DNA from: Ylistrum balloti
Lineage: Eukaryota
Assembly (NCBI RefSeq): GCF_031769215.1
Contig: NW_026782003.1
Location: 3,224,001 to 3,288,000, forward strand
Length of the DNA: 64,000 nt
Direction: 5' to 3'
The notes below the pieces were generated by a model that saw only the letters and a program-made list of their open reading frames with translations, was not told where the DNA came from and did not search any database. The translations under genes were made by a program, and so were the position numbers. Positions 40,501 through 55,500 of the stretch are shown in pieces. Numbering within the stretch: position 1 is the stretch's first letter; each line of letters starts with the position of its first letter.

Positions 40501-43500
40501 CCTAATGTTCGTTTAAAAGTCTTTTATTTCAGAATGAAATCTACGTATTAATATAAAGTTATGAAGGGTTTTTAGTAGGAAAATCGGCGACGACTGAAAT
40601 TAAATGAATAACGTTGATNNNNNNNNNNNNNNNNNNNNNNNNNNNNNNNNNNNNNNNNNNNNNNNNNNNNNNNNNNNNNNNNNNNNNNNNNNNNNNNNNN
40701 NNNNNNNNNNNNNNNNNNNNNNNNNNNNNNNNNNNNNNNNNNNNNNNNNNNNNNNNNNNNNNNNNNNNNNNNNNNNNNNNNNNNNNNNNNNNNNNNNNNN
40801 NNNNNNGCAAGTTCAGATACCTGAAAACCATTTAGATGAAGTTAGATGACCATCGACGTCCAGAGATAAACCTCAGTAGTCCCCAAGGGAAAATATAAAC
40901 TGTCTTTTGTAATTGCATGTACAAAAATAAAATAAATCCTTTCATTTAAGCACATATGTTACCTCAATATATTCTGAATCTTCATTTCTGAAGAACTCCA
41001 ACGTTAGAAGTCGACTGAGTACTCGAGATTATCAACAATGCAAGAGAGCATATAACTCGCCACTGGCAATTTGTTGCTTTACACTTAAGAGTAGCAATAT
41101 GTTTCCATAACTATCAGATAATTGCTCTTCATGGTAAATCCCCTGACAGCCGATATAATACCCAAAGATAACAGATAGAAATATTCGTCATGTATCAATT
41201 TACTATGATGCTAAACCAAGTGATGTTCGAGTCACATAACATACTAATTAATTTGATTTTCTTATCTTCAAGACATGATGTATGATCTTAACTTCCTTAT
41301 CTTTCTGCCGGTTCCCAACATCCCACGTATTCATGATGATTAATTTGCCTTTGGGTTACATTTTGATAGTTTTTATCAACCAGAATGGTACCATGCAAGA
41401 CATGAATTAAATTAGCACATTTTGCCTCAATATTTACACATTTAACACGCAGAATTTGTCAGCATACTCTCCCGTATCATTATCTATGATAGGGCGTGTT
41501 CCGATGTAGGTGATCTCTTTTGAGTTTAGCTTACGCCTTTCTAGACGGAGAAGATATCATTATCGTGACCCCTATTTCACCAATCTTATGGTAAAAACTG
41601 TTCCCCTGATTTTCGCATAGTCTGGAAGAGTACATGATAGGGCAGATGCCACACTGTACCGTAGGCAAACTTGATGTTTATGTGGTAATATTTGATGGAA
41701 AGACCCAAGGTTATGCTTTCTAAAAAGTTTATAAAAGTAATTCGGAAAAAGGATGACATAGAATCAATAGGCTATGTTCCAGTTTCCACTTTTCTGTCTT
41801 CGGTATGTAACAATACATTGTAGTCACTACTTCTTGTTATCTTACACGGGTCTGTGCCGTGAATTGATAGACTATCTCCCTTGCATTAAAGCAGGACAGA
41901 GAAATCTCTATCCGAGAAGGATATTAACGACTGTCCAAACCGAGGCTTTGCCGAGGGTTTGGGTGTTGGGAATCTCCTCCTAGAGAAGATCCTTTTTCTT
42001 CCCCTTATCTCAAACATACCATAAATAGAGTACCGAGACAAATATAGTATGTCAAATATGGAAACAAAATCAGGCAAATAACAACTTATGTTTTTACCGA
42101 TGTGTAATCTATATTATCCACTATACAAAGGCAATAGCAATGATAAATCATTTCCATAATGCATTTGATCGGCATAAACAAAAATGTTCAGTTATGTCTT
42201 AACATCATATGTAATTTTTCTTACACTAATAGTCTCTCATGTCTCAAATTAACAACTTCCGGTTTAGCACGTGGTTATGTTCTATACCCTGGCAAGATAG
42301 AAATATTTTACTCTTGGTTACGCTTCATGAAATGTTGACGTTATCAATTGGCGACATAGTTACGCTTCATGAATTGATGACGTTATCAATTGGCGACATG
42401 GTTACGCTCCATGGAATGATGATGCTATCATATTTTGAGTAACGTTATATTACATGCTATCTGTTAAAGCCTTAGGGCGAATCTTAAGCAGGTAAAACTG
42501 GTAATAAATATCTGAATTATGGAAGAAAACGATATCTTTAATTGATTTATTCCTAATGCGTAATGTTTTCGCATATCCCAGAGGTAAATGCATTGATTAA
42601 GAAACTGATGTTTACTCATAATTCATTTAAACGTCTTAAATTGTTAACCACACTATAGAATTTTGGCTTGATTTACACATATTTCTAGTGGCGCTGTTTG
42701 ATTTAATTGAATTATACCTTGCGACGCGTTCGCTTCTCGTGTCCACGTAATTTTATTTCTACCCATCCGATACGTTAATTATGAATATCATTATAACTTT
42801 GTTACAGATGTAAATATTGCATAGTAGATATAGGAATACATATAAAGTATATCAATATATATATGCCCTCTGTGATCTATAAGACAACTGTTGAATGACG
42901 GCGACAGAAGCAATTGTTCGGTCTGGAGTTATACGTTGCACACTGAACCCACTATTTTAAAAGCTATTTTACATTTAGACAGCACGAGTTGTAATTGCCT
43001 ATTTACTATCTGAAATAAAAGTCAATTTCCACTTTGCATGCGTTGTGAAATATATTTTTACGCGTACTTGTCAGCGGGTTCCAATGCATATCAAGTTAGT
43101 TTATATATAGATATATATATTGTTTCATGTCATTATAGTTTTTGAGAATGTATGCTATCTAGTTTGTGCATTCATATATTATTTAGCTTTTGGAAAGCGT
43201 GTCACCAAAGGAAATGCTATTTTATCAGGTAGAATATATGATGTATTTGCAATATGCCTCATGATAACACAGCAGTGCGTCAAATAAAACTCATATCACC
43301 ACACAGATACAAAAACATAGCAATGAAATCTTCTGGTTAAAACAAAAAAAAAAACTTTCAATACCTGTTAATTGTGTCTGGGATTTCCATTTAACGTCAC
43401 GAGTGTCGTAAAATACGGCTTGTCAGTTTTATGACATTTGTACCAGTTAGATAGATTCTACACAATTATAAAAGTGATGACTAAAGAAGCGAAAAGAAAT

Positions 43501-46500
43501 TCACAGGAAAAAAAATAAAAGCAGGCATCGCTAATTTATCACTGTTCAATTGTCTGAAATGTTTCTTAGTGTGATTTTACCAGGTACCATTACCTGTCTC
43601 CATATTTAACGGAGTGATGGTTGTTTATGGAACTTACAAGTGAATATATATGATGCAAATTTACATTTCGTTTCTCCTAGCCATCATAATTTACACATTT
43701 AGAGTTGTTCGTGAATGGGACAAAATGGCTTTGGAGATGGTAACTTTGAAAGCTGATTACTAATAAACCGGAAATACGACTGTGTTGACTGTAAAATCTA
43801 TATATTCAAATCGGCTAAAACAAACTCGATTCAGCATTAGATAAATACCAACTCTAACATCTAACGTATTCTCTGTCATATTGTTTTTTTGTTCTTACTT
43901 TCCTATTTTGATTTTCAGGGAGTGGACGACATAGCCTTAGATAGGTACATAGATTCCAGAGCGAACATGACATCCCTGTCTCTTATGCTAGACACCAATA
44001 CTAGCTTTTGTGCCTTGACCGGTTCGAACTGGACATTGAACAACGCTGTATATCACGACTCTTTAAAGATTTATCAGGCTATGCTTGACTTTAACAACGG
44101 ATCTGGTAGATTCCAAATGCTCAAGACGTTACGACAGGTAACTGTGAACTCCGTGTCGTGGGTGTTGCATGTTGTTAATACATTAGCCTTAGCTCAATAA
44201 TTGTGTTTCTGTGAAACCTATATCCCCACAACAGTTATAGTATTGACAAGTTAAATATATATTGCACTTTTTGTAATCATACATACAGATATTTACATCA
44301 ATGACCAGTATTATATGACATACGCTCTATACAACACATATAGGGTAAGTTATCTTATTGAGATAATAGATATTGATGACTGGGAAACATCTTAATATAT
44401 TGTGATTATATTAGATAATTATTTAACTTGAGTTATTATGTAATCGTATTTTTAAACGTTTGAACTCTAAGTCTAGGTTGACAGAAGTAATTGAAATATT
44501 GTAGATATTATGAAATGTGTGGTAAAAGAAGGTCAATTATATTGTAGTTACAAGCAGGTGAAATGCAGACTTGCTGTAGTTATGGACAGTTCATATTGTA
44601 GCTATACTCAGGCTGTCATTGAGAATGTTAATCAAATATAAGTTGTTAACTGAAAGCTGTGACAAAGGATCTCTGAGATTTGCGGATTATTGGAAGAAAA
44701 CTATTAAACGTGTTCAAATGGTGCAAAAAGAAAAGATTTGGATCTTAAATCTCCAATCCTTAGAGGATATGTATGAAAGGAGAAATACTTGTACCTTTCT
44801 GAAATCCTCGGAAGAATTTTAACAATAATTAACCAGCATTTTACAGCTGTTTCATATTTCTAGGACCCGTCAAAGATGCTAAGTGCCTAAATTGTTGAAA
44901 CATAAGAGACGACAGAGGAGGATCAAACGTGGTTGAAATAAGGGTTAAAGACCTGATAGGGAGGACGTGCACAAACTCCAGAATTCAATAATTTTCCCAT
45001 TTAATATTCTTCATTGAATACGTTTAAGTGATCGTCAAGTACATGTGTATAATTTGAACTGTCACTAGATTTTTGTGTGTCCATTAAACCATTTTATCAT
45101 CTCTCCTGTCGAATTTTTCTAATGAAAGGAATTAAATACAATTTATAAGACTGATGTTGTCAGAAAACCTTGACCGTGGTTATTCATCTCACACTTTCAT
45201 GTCGCCCCCACTTAAAGTCGGTATTCGCGCATCCTCTTCGACCTTGGTTAGTAGCTAATGCTAGAGTTTCTCTTTACCGATATTTGTATTTCACATGTTC
45301 AGAATGGCGAATCTGGATCTTTCCTCGAGAATGAAGTGAGATAATGTTTTTAATCCTTTATTATTTTGTTTCATATCTACTTTACTTGAACTATGTAATA
45401 TCTTTATCTGACCGTGTCATTTGTATTTGCACATGGTCAGATCCAGCCTTTCTGCTTGTTAGTTGTATGCACCTATCACCCTTCTATATTTGTTCTACAT
45501 TGTTTAGTTGTCATTCAATTATCATATCTGAGTATTCTTCACATGACCCGTAAATGGATTTTTCAATTCACTCGTACATATATAAATTCTCATCACTAAG
45601 ATTTCATTCACATCATCTTTTTGGCGTTCTTCTTTGTGCATCTATAGACATGTATCATTGTAATAGTATTGCAGCAGTTACCGAAACGTCTGAATATCAT
45701 TTTTATTCAATATTCATTGTTAAAAAAAAAAAAAAAAAAAACTGCATCGAACACATTAAGCATTTCTTGAAAAGAAGCATTTTCATTTCAGTGGTCTGAT
45801 TGGCGTAACATTTGAAATAGCAATATATCAGATTTGTAAAAATGATGTTTTTGCATGTATTATCCGTGTTATTAATATTTACGGAGTTCCCAAGGTGTAT
45901 TTTCTGGATCCATTATATCTTATGAAAACTAAAAAAGAGTTGAAAAGAAAATGATTGACCACATGGGGTTTAAGGTGGGCACAGATTTGAGTTATCGATA
46001 TATACTGCCTTACTCCTTACTGACATGAAAACAACAAGAAAATATTGTGAAACGAATTAAAGCCCAAACGCAAATTCAATAAAACCAAGGCAAAATATCA
46101 ACAAAAGAAAGAATTACACAGAAACTCTTGAAAAAAGTACAAGCAGATTAAGACCAGATGTTTCGGAAGAGTACGCGTCCTCTGCTTTATCGACGACAGT
46201 CGCTATTTAAATCTTGATTCTAAGTAAGCAAAATCGCGTTCTCAAATGAGAACAAGGAATTCAACTGCGGAACCAACTGGCAAACTAGTTGAGATCAACA
46301 TTACCACTTCAATTAACCGTATTCAACGCCTGGAAAACTATTAACCTCATTATTACAACAGCTTCAAATAGACAAAATTTGCTGAATCGTATACTACTGA
46401 ATCATATTCACATTCAGATTATCAAACGGATGAAAACGTGGAATGCATGTAACTTTGGAAGGAAACGAGCATCCAAGTAGAGACTCATATATATGAAGTG

Positions 46501-49500
46501 GCATTTGAACTTACTTAATTCAACATTTAGTCAGGTTAAACTGTCATCGCTTTGCTTTCAAGGACAAGTGCTCTATGAGTCAAAAGATAAGCCTCTAAAC
46601 AGGAATTGTTAGAAGGACCTTATCATATGATTTCATATGAATAACTAACTAGAAAAGAATGACATTTATGCCGAAGTTGACAGTTAGCAAAGATAGGAAA
46701 TGTCAGTTTTCTCGATTTTACTAGAGGTATGGTTTTGCTTTGATATCCAAAGCTTGATAACCTACATCAATGTTTGCTCTTGCGATTTTTTTTTCCACTT
46801 TTGCCTGTCTAAAAATGAAGTTGCATTGGATTCAAAGTCTACTCGTGCATGTCATGTTTTCCTTGAAATCTTGAAGTAGCATGGATCGGTAGAGCTTTGG
46901 TAGACATACAGAGTCATAGACAATGTAGACACCATTGAAATATCATTGTTAATTACACTCAATCACTGTATATTTACTGTTTCTTTGAAAGCTTGAAGCA
47001 GCATTGATTTACAGAGTTTTTTCCTAGACATACACACTCACAGACACTGTAGGCATATCATCGTCCAAACACCATTGTAGTTTACTCTCACAGTATATCA
47101 GGTTGAGTCATACTTACCAATATCTAAAAAACAACATTAAACACATCTAAATCTTGGTTTACCTCATCCCATGTTTCCTATATACATGGGAAAACCGCAT
47201 GTGCTTTGTATACAAATATCAAATTCATTACATATTCTATAGTGTATTTTCCCCCATATATTAATCGTTGTATAATATGTTATGTCAACAAACATAGATA
47301 TATCTACTTAAACTTCCTGCATTAAACCAATTTACACAAGAACGATTTGTTTGACTGCAATTTACATATGATTTTATAGATCAAATTTTATTAGATCTAA
47401 ACGCCATAACGTTAAATGTCCCCATTAATATTTACATCAATACAAAACTCGCTTTAAAAATAAACACACCTAAATCAACTTTGTAAAGAGAACAAATTAT
47501 GTTTCCTGATTTAAATCTTATTTTTTATCAACAGAGCTTCCATGGCGTATATTGTTATTCTACTCGTTTTCAGATTACCATTGATGGGTGCACAGGTCAT
47601 GTGGAGTTCACAAAGGCGGGGAACAGAAAAGAGACGTTTCTTAGAATGTCTTCTCTTGCAACTCTGAAAAATGGCACAGTAAGTTTTGAAAATGAAATTT
47701 CTATGCAAATCATGGTATCAATTTCGGAAACTTTAATCGACTTCGGATAAATGTATACATCAAGGTATGTCTACCATGAGAATTGAAGTTGTAAACGCCG
47801 ATTATAAAGATAAAATAAAGAATATAAAATTGTCAGGGTTTTAACTCGAAGTTTTACGCTTTTTCATGTTGAGCTTCAGCTAGATTAAAACTTTTTGACA
47901 CCTTTTTTATTTGTGGAGACAAATGACACTGATTTCCAGGTAAGCGGTGTTGCTTGAAACCTTGTTTTTTATTTATTTTTCACATATAGACATTCAGATT
48001 CCTGAATGCGATTATCTTATTTTAGGTATTTATTGAAATATTTTTGTCCGTTTATAAGTCACTTGAGCGTATTCGTATTTGTTGACAGTAATGTTATGTT
48101 TTTTTGTATCTTGCGCACAAGAGTAAATGTGTTCAGGTAACTAGTGTAATTGTCATTCCCTAACACTGTTTATTTTTTAAAAAGTATACCCTTCTAGAGT
48201 TCGTATGTTTGGTCCACGAATTGCCACGTGTTATGGTGCACTTCCTTTGCGCTAGTGTTGTAGCATGGTTCACTTCCGGTAAAGCCCGGTCAAGAATTGC
48301 TCCTTTTCGTGAGAATGTAGCATGATTTACATCCTGGACACAACTGGTTATCGTATTTAAAACACAAAGCTATGTGACGTATTTGCAAATGTACCACCCA
48401 AAGCACCCATTGTAAAAATAATGTATTCTTTCCTGTAGCAAACGTCTTTGATGAAAATGAATCTGTTGTATTATATATATGTATTATTAGAAATTAAAGT
48501 TACATATTAGAAATGTAAAATGCACATTGTTCCAATAGGAATACAAGAGAAATAAGAAGAAAACAGAAAAAATATAATCCTTGACACAAATCTGTGAAAT
48601 ACTCATACCTAATTTCTATGAAGTTTTGTCGTGTTAATTTTTCAGTCATCTTCGTTTTATACTCCTCTCCTCCTTATACACCAATAGATTAATAAAACAT
48701 TTTAGATAATTTACTTTTTTTCATTTTTGCATTTGCTCATATTCAAAAGTACAAAAATGGAGTATTTTGCAAAATTAAGACAAAAAAAAAGCAAAAAAAA
48801 AAAAAAACGCATCCCTCATTTCGTTGTATGCCGATGTTGTCAAATATCGAGAGTGAGAGTCAAATGATGGATTTGAATGGATTATTGTATTTAAAACACA
48901 TATCTTACAAACTTTTATATTCTTTAAGTAATATAAGCAATATTTTATGTATCTTCAGAAATAGTACTGTAAATCTGAAAAAAAAAAAAAAAAAATGAAG
49001 AAAGCTTTGAATGAGGATGAACGAGAAAATCTTTTTATAAACCAATTGCAATATAAAATAGTTAAACACAAAAGAACAACAAAAATCAATATGCCAATAA
49101 TTTCCCTTAATAATCAGTGTAAGACGTATTTATGTTTTAATTTAGATGAAGCAGTTATTCAAATATTAGATAATCGGTTTGAGTATTTGATATTAATCAA
49201 CTAAATCAATTATGTCATGAAATAAATTATAGCGAAGGTTTCCCAATATGACACGTATATATCACAGTCTGAAGAAGAAAATGCATAGAGAATTGCAAGT
49301 CCTAGCATTAAGTTTCTCATGTATAACCAAATACAATTTCTCGTGTGCTACCATATAGAATTTCTCATGGAATGGCAAATATCATTTGTAAAATTTTCAA
49401 TGTCTTAGTAAATTTCATTCACGATGAACACATCAATGTTAGTTTTAAGATTTTTTTTAAGAAACGAGTATTTTTTGCCAAAACGTATGGTTGTCTTTAT

Positions 49501-52500
49501 CCTCTGTTATCTTAACTAAAATTTCCTTTTCTCAGTTAAAGGTACATATAATTCAAAATGAAGAATTTGTTTTTTTAATTGTCTTCTTTCGTCATCACTC
49601 CTTCGTGATAAAGCGAATCTATATATCATATTGTATCATTTTATTGATCGAATCGTTATGATTATATTCAGCTGTCAGAGCTGGAACTGTGAATTGCTCT
49701 CTTTTCTCTTTTCTTTATCCCATTTTTAGTCTCTTTCTGTGTTCCCCTCGTTCTCAATTTACCAACTTACAGGGATAAAATATCATATGCTATTTTGTAA
49801 ATTTTATTTCTTTTAATAAACAATATTTAAAAATACATTAAGCTGCATTAAAATCGATAATAACTGGGCATTAAGCACTCATAAAAGGCAACTGCTACAA
49901 GTGCCAATAAAACGGAAAGTCATGAGTATTTTGTCCTTTATGATTGTTTAGTTGGAAAAGTAAAATTTCACATAACACCAGGGTATTTTTATATTGATAC
50001 CGATGTATCTTTAATTCTATATTTGTGTTATATGAAATGACGCATCAACTGATTTTAATATGATTGACTTTTACACCTGTAACATTGTTGTTTCCTGACC
50101 CCTTTTAATTGACAATTTCCGATCTTGTCTAAACATCATATGAAGTTGTTAGTATCTAATATTAACTCCTATTAGTTCTTTAATATACTTTAGTCGTATA
50201 ATTAGTAGATGTTCATACTACTATATATATATCTTTATCTCTGAAAAGGCTGTGGGTCGCTTTTATTTTAAAGACTACTCCTGCAGAAGGCACACATTAT
50301 CTGGACTTTTTCTAATATGTCTTTTTTTCTTTAACTTTTTTTTAATGATTATTCCATGACAAAGCAATTTGCAATACGTGACGCTACCAAAGATTCAGCA
50401 TTACGGGTACCAAACCTTAGATACCTGAAAAATACAAAATTGGATCAAGTGCGGCTCAACATTTAAATATAGACAAGTTTATTTGACGACTTTGGATATT
50501 CCGTCTAGTCGTCCAGTTGTCTGTCAGGATTTCAAAGTTAAGCCATTAGCATCACTGACGAGTCCGAAATGACGACGCAGGTGTATGAGGCAGTTTAAGT
50601 CATTATTTGGCTCTGAGTATCTAGCTTTAAATTTGCATTGAAAGGTGTAGTTCATTAATGTGTCTTTTGTACAATCTCAATTTTTTTCTTCCTTCTGTAA
50701 AGATTTCCATACATTCTCGTAAATGCTAGTCGTTTGTTATGAAAAATAGCAAGTTCAGCACTTTTCCATTGTTCAAAACATGAAAGAATACTTGTTTTGT
50801 CGCATAATTTTCTGTGGTTTCAATCTTCGGTATCGTCACGTTATGAAATGGTCTTTATTATTGATAAAATGATCACGAATAAATATGAATGTAATCACTA
50901 TAAAATATATTCGAAAATAGAAGTGATACACAGTAAACACTATTTCGTACTATACTTCTCATAAATCTGTCAAGCTGTCAATATATCCAGGTCAAATGTA
51001 TATGGTGCCTCTCTCATGATTGCAGAATGTGGTGGGCTATGTTGTAGTTTGCTAGGAATGTACACGCCATACGTACATGTAGTTAGTGTAGTTTAAATGC
51101 TTTTCATGTCTATATATATAGACTCTGAATATCAAACATGTGCTCATTTTCGTGCTAATTTGAATATGGCTGGACATATATTTATACGGACATTATGACT
51201 GTTGATGAATGTATTTTTTCGTTTATCATAACTGATCTAAGTTTCAGTAAACAAAAAGACAGATTATGGTAATGGATAATTGACATAAAAAAACAAAATT
51301 ACTAACACACACGGAAATGAGCAACTGTGATCCATATCTCTATAATGTGTGTATTTGTAAGTGAGACTCTAGAAGGCAAAAGAAATATTCATATGTATTG
51401 CATATTATTTACTCCATAACTTAACGAAGCAATTCATTACAATGTTTTTTAATATTCCATTTTTAATCTGAATACATTTGAAGTATTTCCTTTTTGGTAT
51501 GTAACTTTTGTTCTAAAAAAATCTTAACTGATATTTTCGAATAGCCGATTATTTTCAAGGGGATGATATTTTCGCTGATGTTCTGGTACATAACAACATT
51601 GTAAACATTTGATATGTTGCAGAGTATGACATATGCAAAATGATCAGTGATATTAAATATAGTTTTAAAAAGCCTCATAGCGGAGTTGCTACATGAAACA
51701 GCTCACTAAAGACTATTCGCATACAATAATATTTAAATCTCTCAGAATAATTATAGTATGCAATAATATTTTCTTTTACATGTAAATGCAAGATAAAGAG
51801 ATATGAGCTATAATGCTCGGGCAAGCAAAAACAACGGCTTCTTGGCATTAAGTTAATGGTATTACGTTATATCCTTTTTGCGATTTACAAAACAATACTT
51901 CAATGCTAGATCAAGGTCATTAATGGTTGTTTTTACTTAATACTTGATATCAGGGCAAAATTCTCGAAAACCTGACGATTTTATATCTACAAGACCGCGA
52001 AATTTCAATATCTTGAATTAGTTTTTTTCAAATTTCGAAAAAGTCAATAAAATTTGTATCCACTTAAGTAGCCGGCTATATGATTGTATTATTATCTATC
52101 ATAAATCTACCTGGAGTCTCACTTCTCTTTGTATGTCTGCGAAGGTTTCTACGCCTGTGTTATGTATACTGATGCTTCGTTTCTGTTTTCTTTTCTTCAA
52201 ACATTTACAGAGTGCTTTATTTCAGTCAGGAACATGGAGGAGTCTTAAGGATACCATGCAACAGCGGATTGAACCGTCTAGGTCATACGACAGCGTTATG
52301 AGAATGGGCGATGACATATTTGGCAACGAACCACTACGAATTACAACTATCATCGTAAGTGCCTTATTGAATTTGTGTTTTATCTTTAGAGATATTATTA
52401 TTAATTAAACATTTGTTTTGGTCATATTTTTAGGTAACATCAAGGTAGTAAAAACATAACCCTAATGTCACTGTACTACATTGTACGAAGGCTTTCAGAG

Positions 52501-55500
52501 ATGAATTTCCAAATCTTCTCGTTCAGTTTTTTATAGAATTAAATTACTTGTTAAAAATATGATGAGCATTAGCATAAAAATATGTGCAATAAGTATATTT
52601 ACGTAACAGTGAGTCAATGCAATTTTCACTTTTGAAGGACGTGTAATTGCGCGGGTCCTGGGAATAATATTTAGCAGTCTTCATAGATTCCATAACCTAT
52701 GAATTTAGCATATTTTTTCTTAAAAAATGTGATTTGTTTTTCTTCAAAAATATGTCAATACTGTTCTTAACTTTTCAAGTAAAGGTATGCTAAATTGTGA
52801 TCTGAGTTAATTGATAGTGTTATTGTGATGTTTCCATATATTTATATAATCACATCTTACTATTGATCACTAATCAATAAATCAAAGTATCGATCATATG
52901 TAACAAATGTTCAATACCATTTGTCCGATATCGAAGGACGAAGAAAGTGTGAATGTGTTAAGCATGTTCGAATGAAAGAGTATGTTGAGTTAGGTAATCA
53001 TTTCTTCTTATGATACTGTAGTATAATATCAATGTGTTAAAATATTGCGTTAGTAATGTCATAATATATATTCAAAAAGTGTCATTTGTGTATTGACGAT
53101 TCGCTAACGATATCTTCTCTATGTATCTATGAGAAAAGCTATCGATATTGTCATGATAGTTGTCTTTTATTTATGTTTAATTTGTTGTTTGTCCGAGTCT
53201 GATTTTGTCGTTGTCTGTTGCTGCCTATTTTGTGTATTTTATCCTTGATATCAAAATGTGATGTTTATTCCTTTTTTGTACTTTTGCTATCAAATTTTCA
53301 CAATAGCATCATTTTAAGCAAGAGTTCAAAATGAGCTGATTAAAGTAGTTTACAAACAGTACTTTACTTTTTCAAATAAATATTTTTTATGATTTTTTTA
53401 TATTGACTATACTACAAAATACATCCATTGGTACGGTAATAGGAACGAATTGTTGTACGGTAATAGGAACGGATTGTTTCAAAATATATTGCAATATACA
53501 CGATTTAGCCCTCAACGATCGATCACTAATACGACCCTTATGTACGGTGTATTATCTGACAAATGAAGAAAAGTTATCGCTGAGTTTAAGTTTTATTCAT
53601 ATTACAAATAAAATGGAACGAAAAATTAATTAGATACTTGATGAAATTGAGATTGCTTTTTGATAATTTCACGACTGCTTACGTATCACCGAGTCAGCAT
53701 CATCGCAGACTCATTAACAGCTTTGAGTTCAACCAATGAAATACGACGTTAGATGAGGAAGATTTTCTTAGCATCATATGACGCCGTATTTTATTGGTTG
53801 AGCCTGAGTTAAGCACGAAGTGATACTGAATTATGACGACACACAATACATTACACATAATTGTTCTGGTAAGTAACAAATACGAAATTAGGAACATTTG
53901 CCTTTTTCCGATCGGCTCTCTTATCTTAAAAAATTGATGATTGTTTTCTTAATTTTTATTTCGATGTGGTAATTTTCCTTTTCATGGCTTTTTAACTCAG
54001 TGTAACTACATATTCTATAATATCAATTCAATACAAGCATTGCAAGTATGGAATACAACAATAATTTAAAAAAAACACAACCGTTGAAAAAAAGTTGACA
54101 ATTTATCACAACGAACACTTTTGATATTTGTCTTATCTTCTTTTCGATGTTTCTCTTGATTCGTCGGTTGCTTCAACTTTACATTTAACACAATTATTAT
54201 GAACGTTTGCGCGCTTTAAACCGTCAATTAGACGAACAAGAAAATAAATATCCTTTGATACTGAATGGTTTCATTTTACTTACTCGGAGACCTTTTTGGC
54301 ATTACAGGTTTTAAGATTTAATGCATGTTTGTAAAGTTTGCTTGAATTATTTGAACTTTTCGTATGAATTTTTTATTTCAACATGATTGCTTGAAGGGAT
54401 ACTAGACATATTAGGTTACATTTTAACTAATTCATAGGTCGAAAATTCACAGTCCTCCGTTCTGCTTAAAGTTCAATCAAAACATCTGTCAAAGGCTGAA
54501 CACATATACAGTTTGTTGACTTTTGTTGGGTTCTATTTTCAACCATATACAACACCACAGAGAGCTTCCTTTGAACCATCATTGAGGGTAAAATAATCAA
54601 ATTTTTTATTACAGAAACTATATCATAAATAACGGATATATATATCATATACAATATACGCATCTATAAATACTTGTTTATCCAATTTATTAAGTTAGTG
54701 GACAGCAAAACATAGACAATCGCTGAAAATATTACTCGAGTGATGAAAATATGTTCAGTTAGTTTGAAAATAATTGTAGATATTGAAAAAGTTAAGTACT
54801 TTCTTGTGGAGTAAAGAAAACTGTATGACCGCTTTCATTTGTAAGTTTTTGTTGCGTAATGCTATTTGGTAATTAGGTTTATTTGTTCATTGAAGTATCG
54901 AATAAACATAAAAATTGAGAAGTTTAATGACATTGCCTGGATTATCAACAAACTGTGAGATTGTTTCACCTTTTTTTAAAGGTTTAACAGTAAAAAACGG
55001 AATTTCGTTTTTGAAACAATATATTCAGGTTGATAATATCACTAAAGAAAAAGTCATTATAACACAGTCAGTAGAAAATATAAGTGTGATGTTTCAATGA
55101 CTACACGGTCACATTCAATAAACAAATGATCAATGTGAAGCATACTAGTACTGACAAAACCCAGTTTAAAAGAATCTTCTTCAATTTTGCTATAGGAACT
55201 TGATTCTAAAAATGTAATTTATCCTTTTAACGGGATATTTCATATCTAATGTTACTACTTATCGATAGTAAAGAAACTTAATCATAAATTTGATCTGATA
55301 TGGTAGCTAACAGGGGTATTAGTAATATGCTTACAATATATGATAAATGTCCTATATTTAATTAATAAGTTTGTCATAAGTTGAAGGTGTTCAATTTTAA
55401 TCCTTGAGACGTCATGTTTCTACAATACTTGCTTTCCGACACTCAGGTATCACTAAAGGAATGCTAAACTTTCCAGGAACATTAAATACACACATACAAC

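Noticed and set aside
42239-42442. 67-aa ORF with repeated VTLHE..TLSIGD
   Set aside because: Explained by the intronic 42-bp tandem repeat; no splice or homology support.
47880-47939. 60-nt cassette with strong donor ccag|gtaagc
   Set aside because: The acceptor is weak and there is an immediate in-frame TAA. Nothing distinguishes it from a chance cryptic site.
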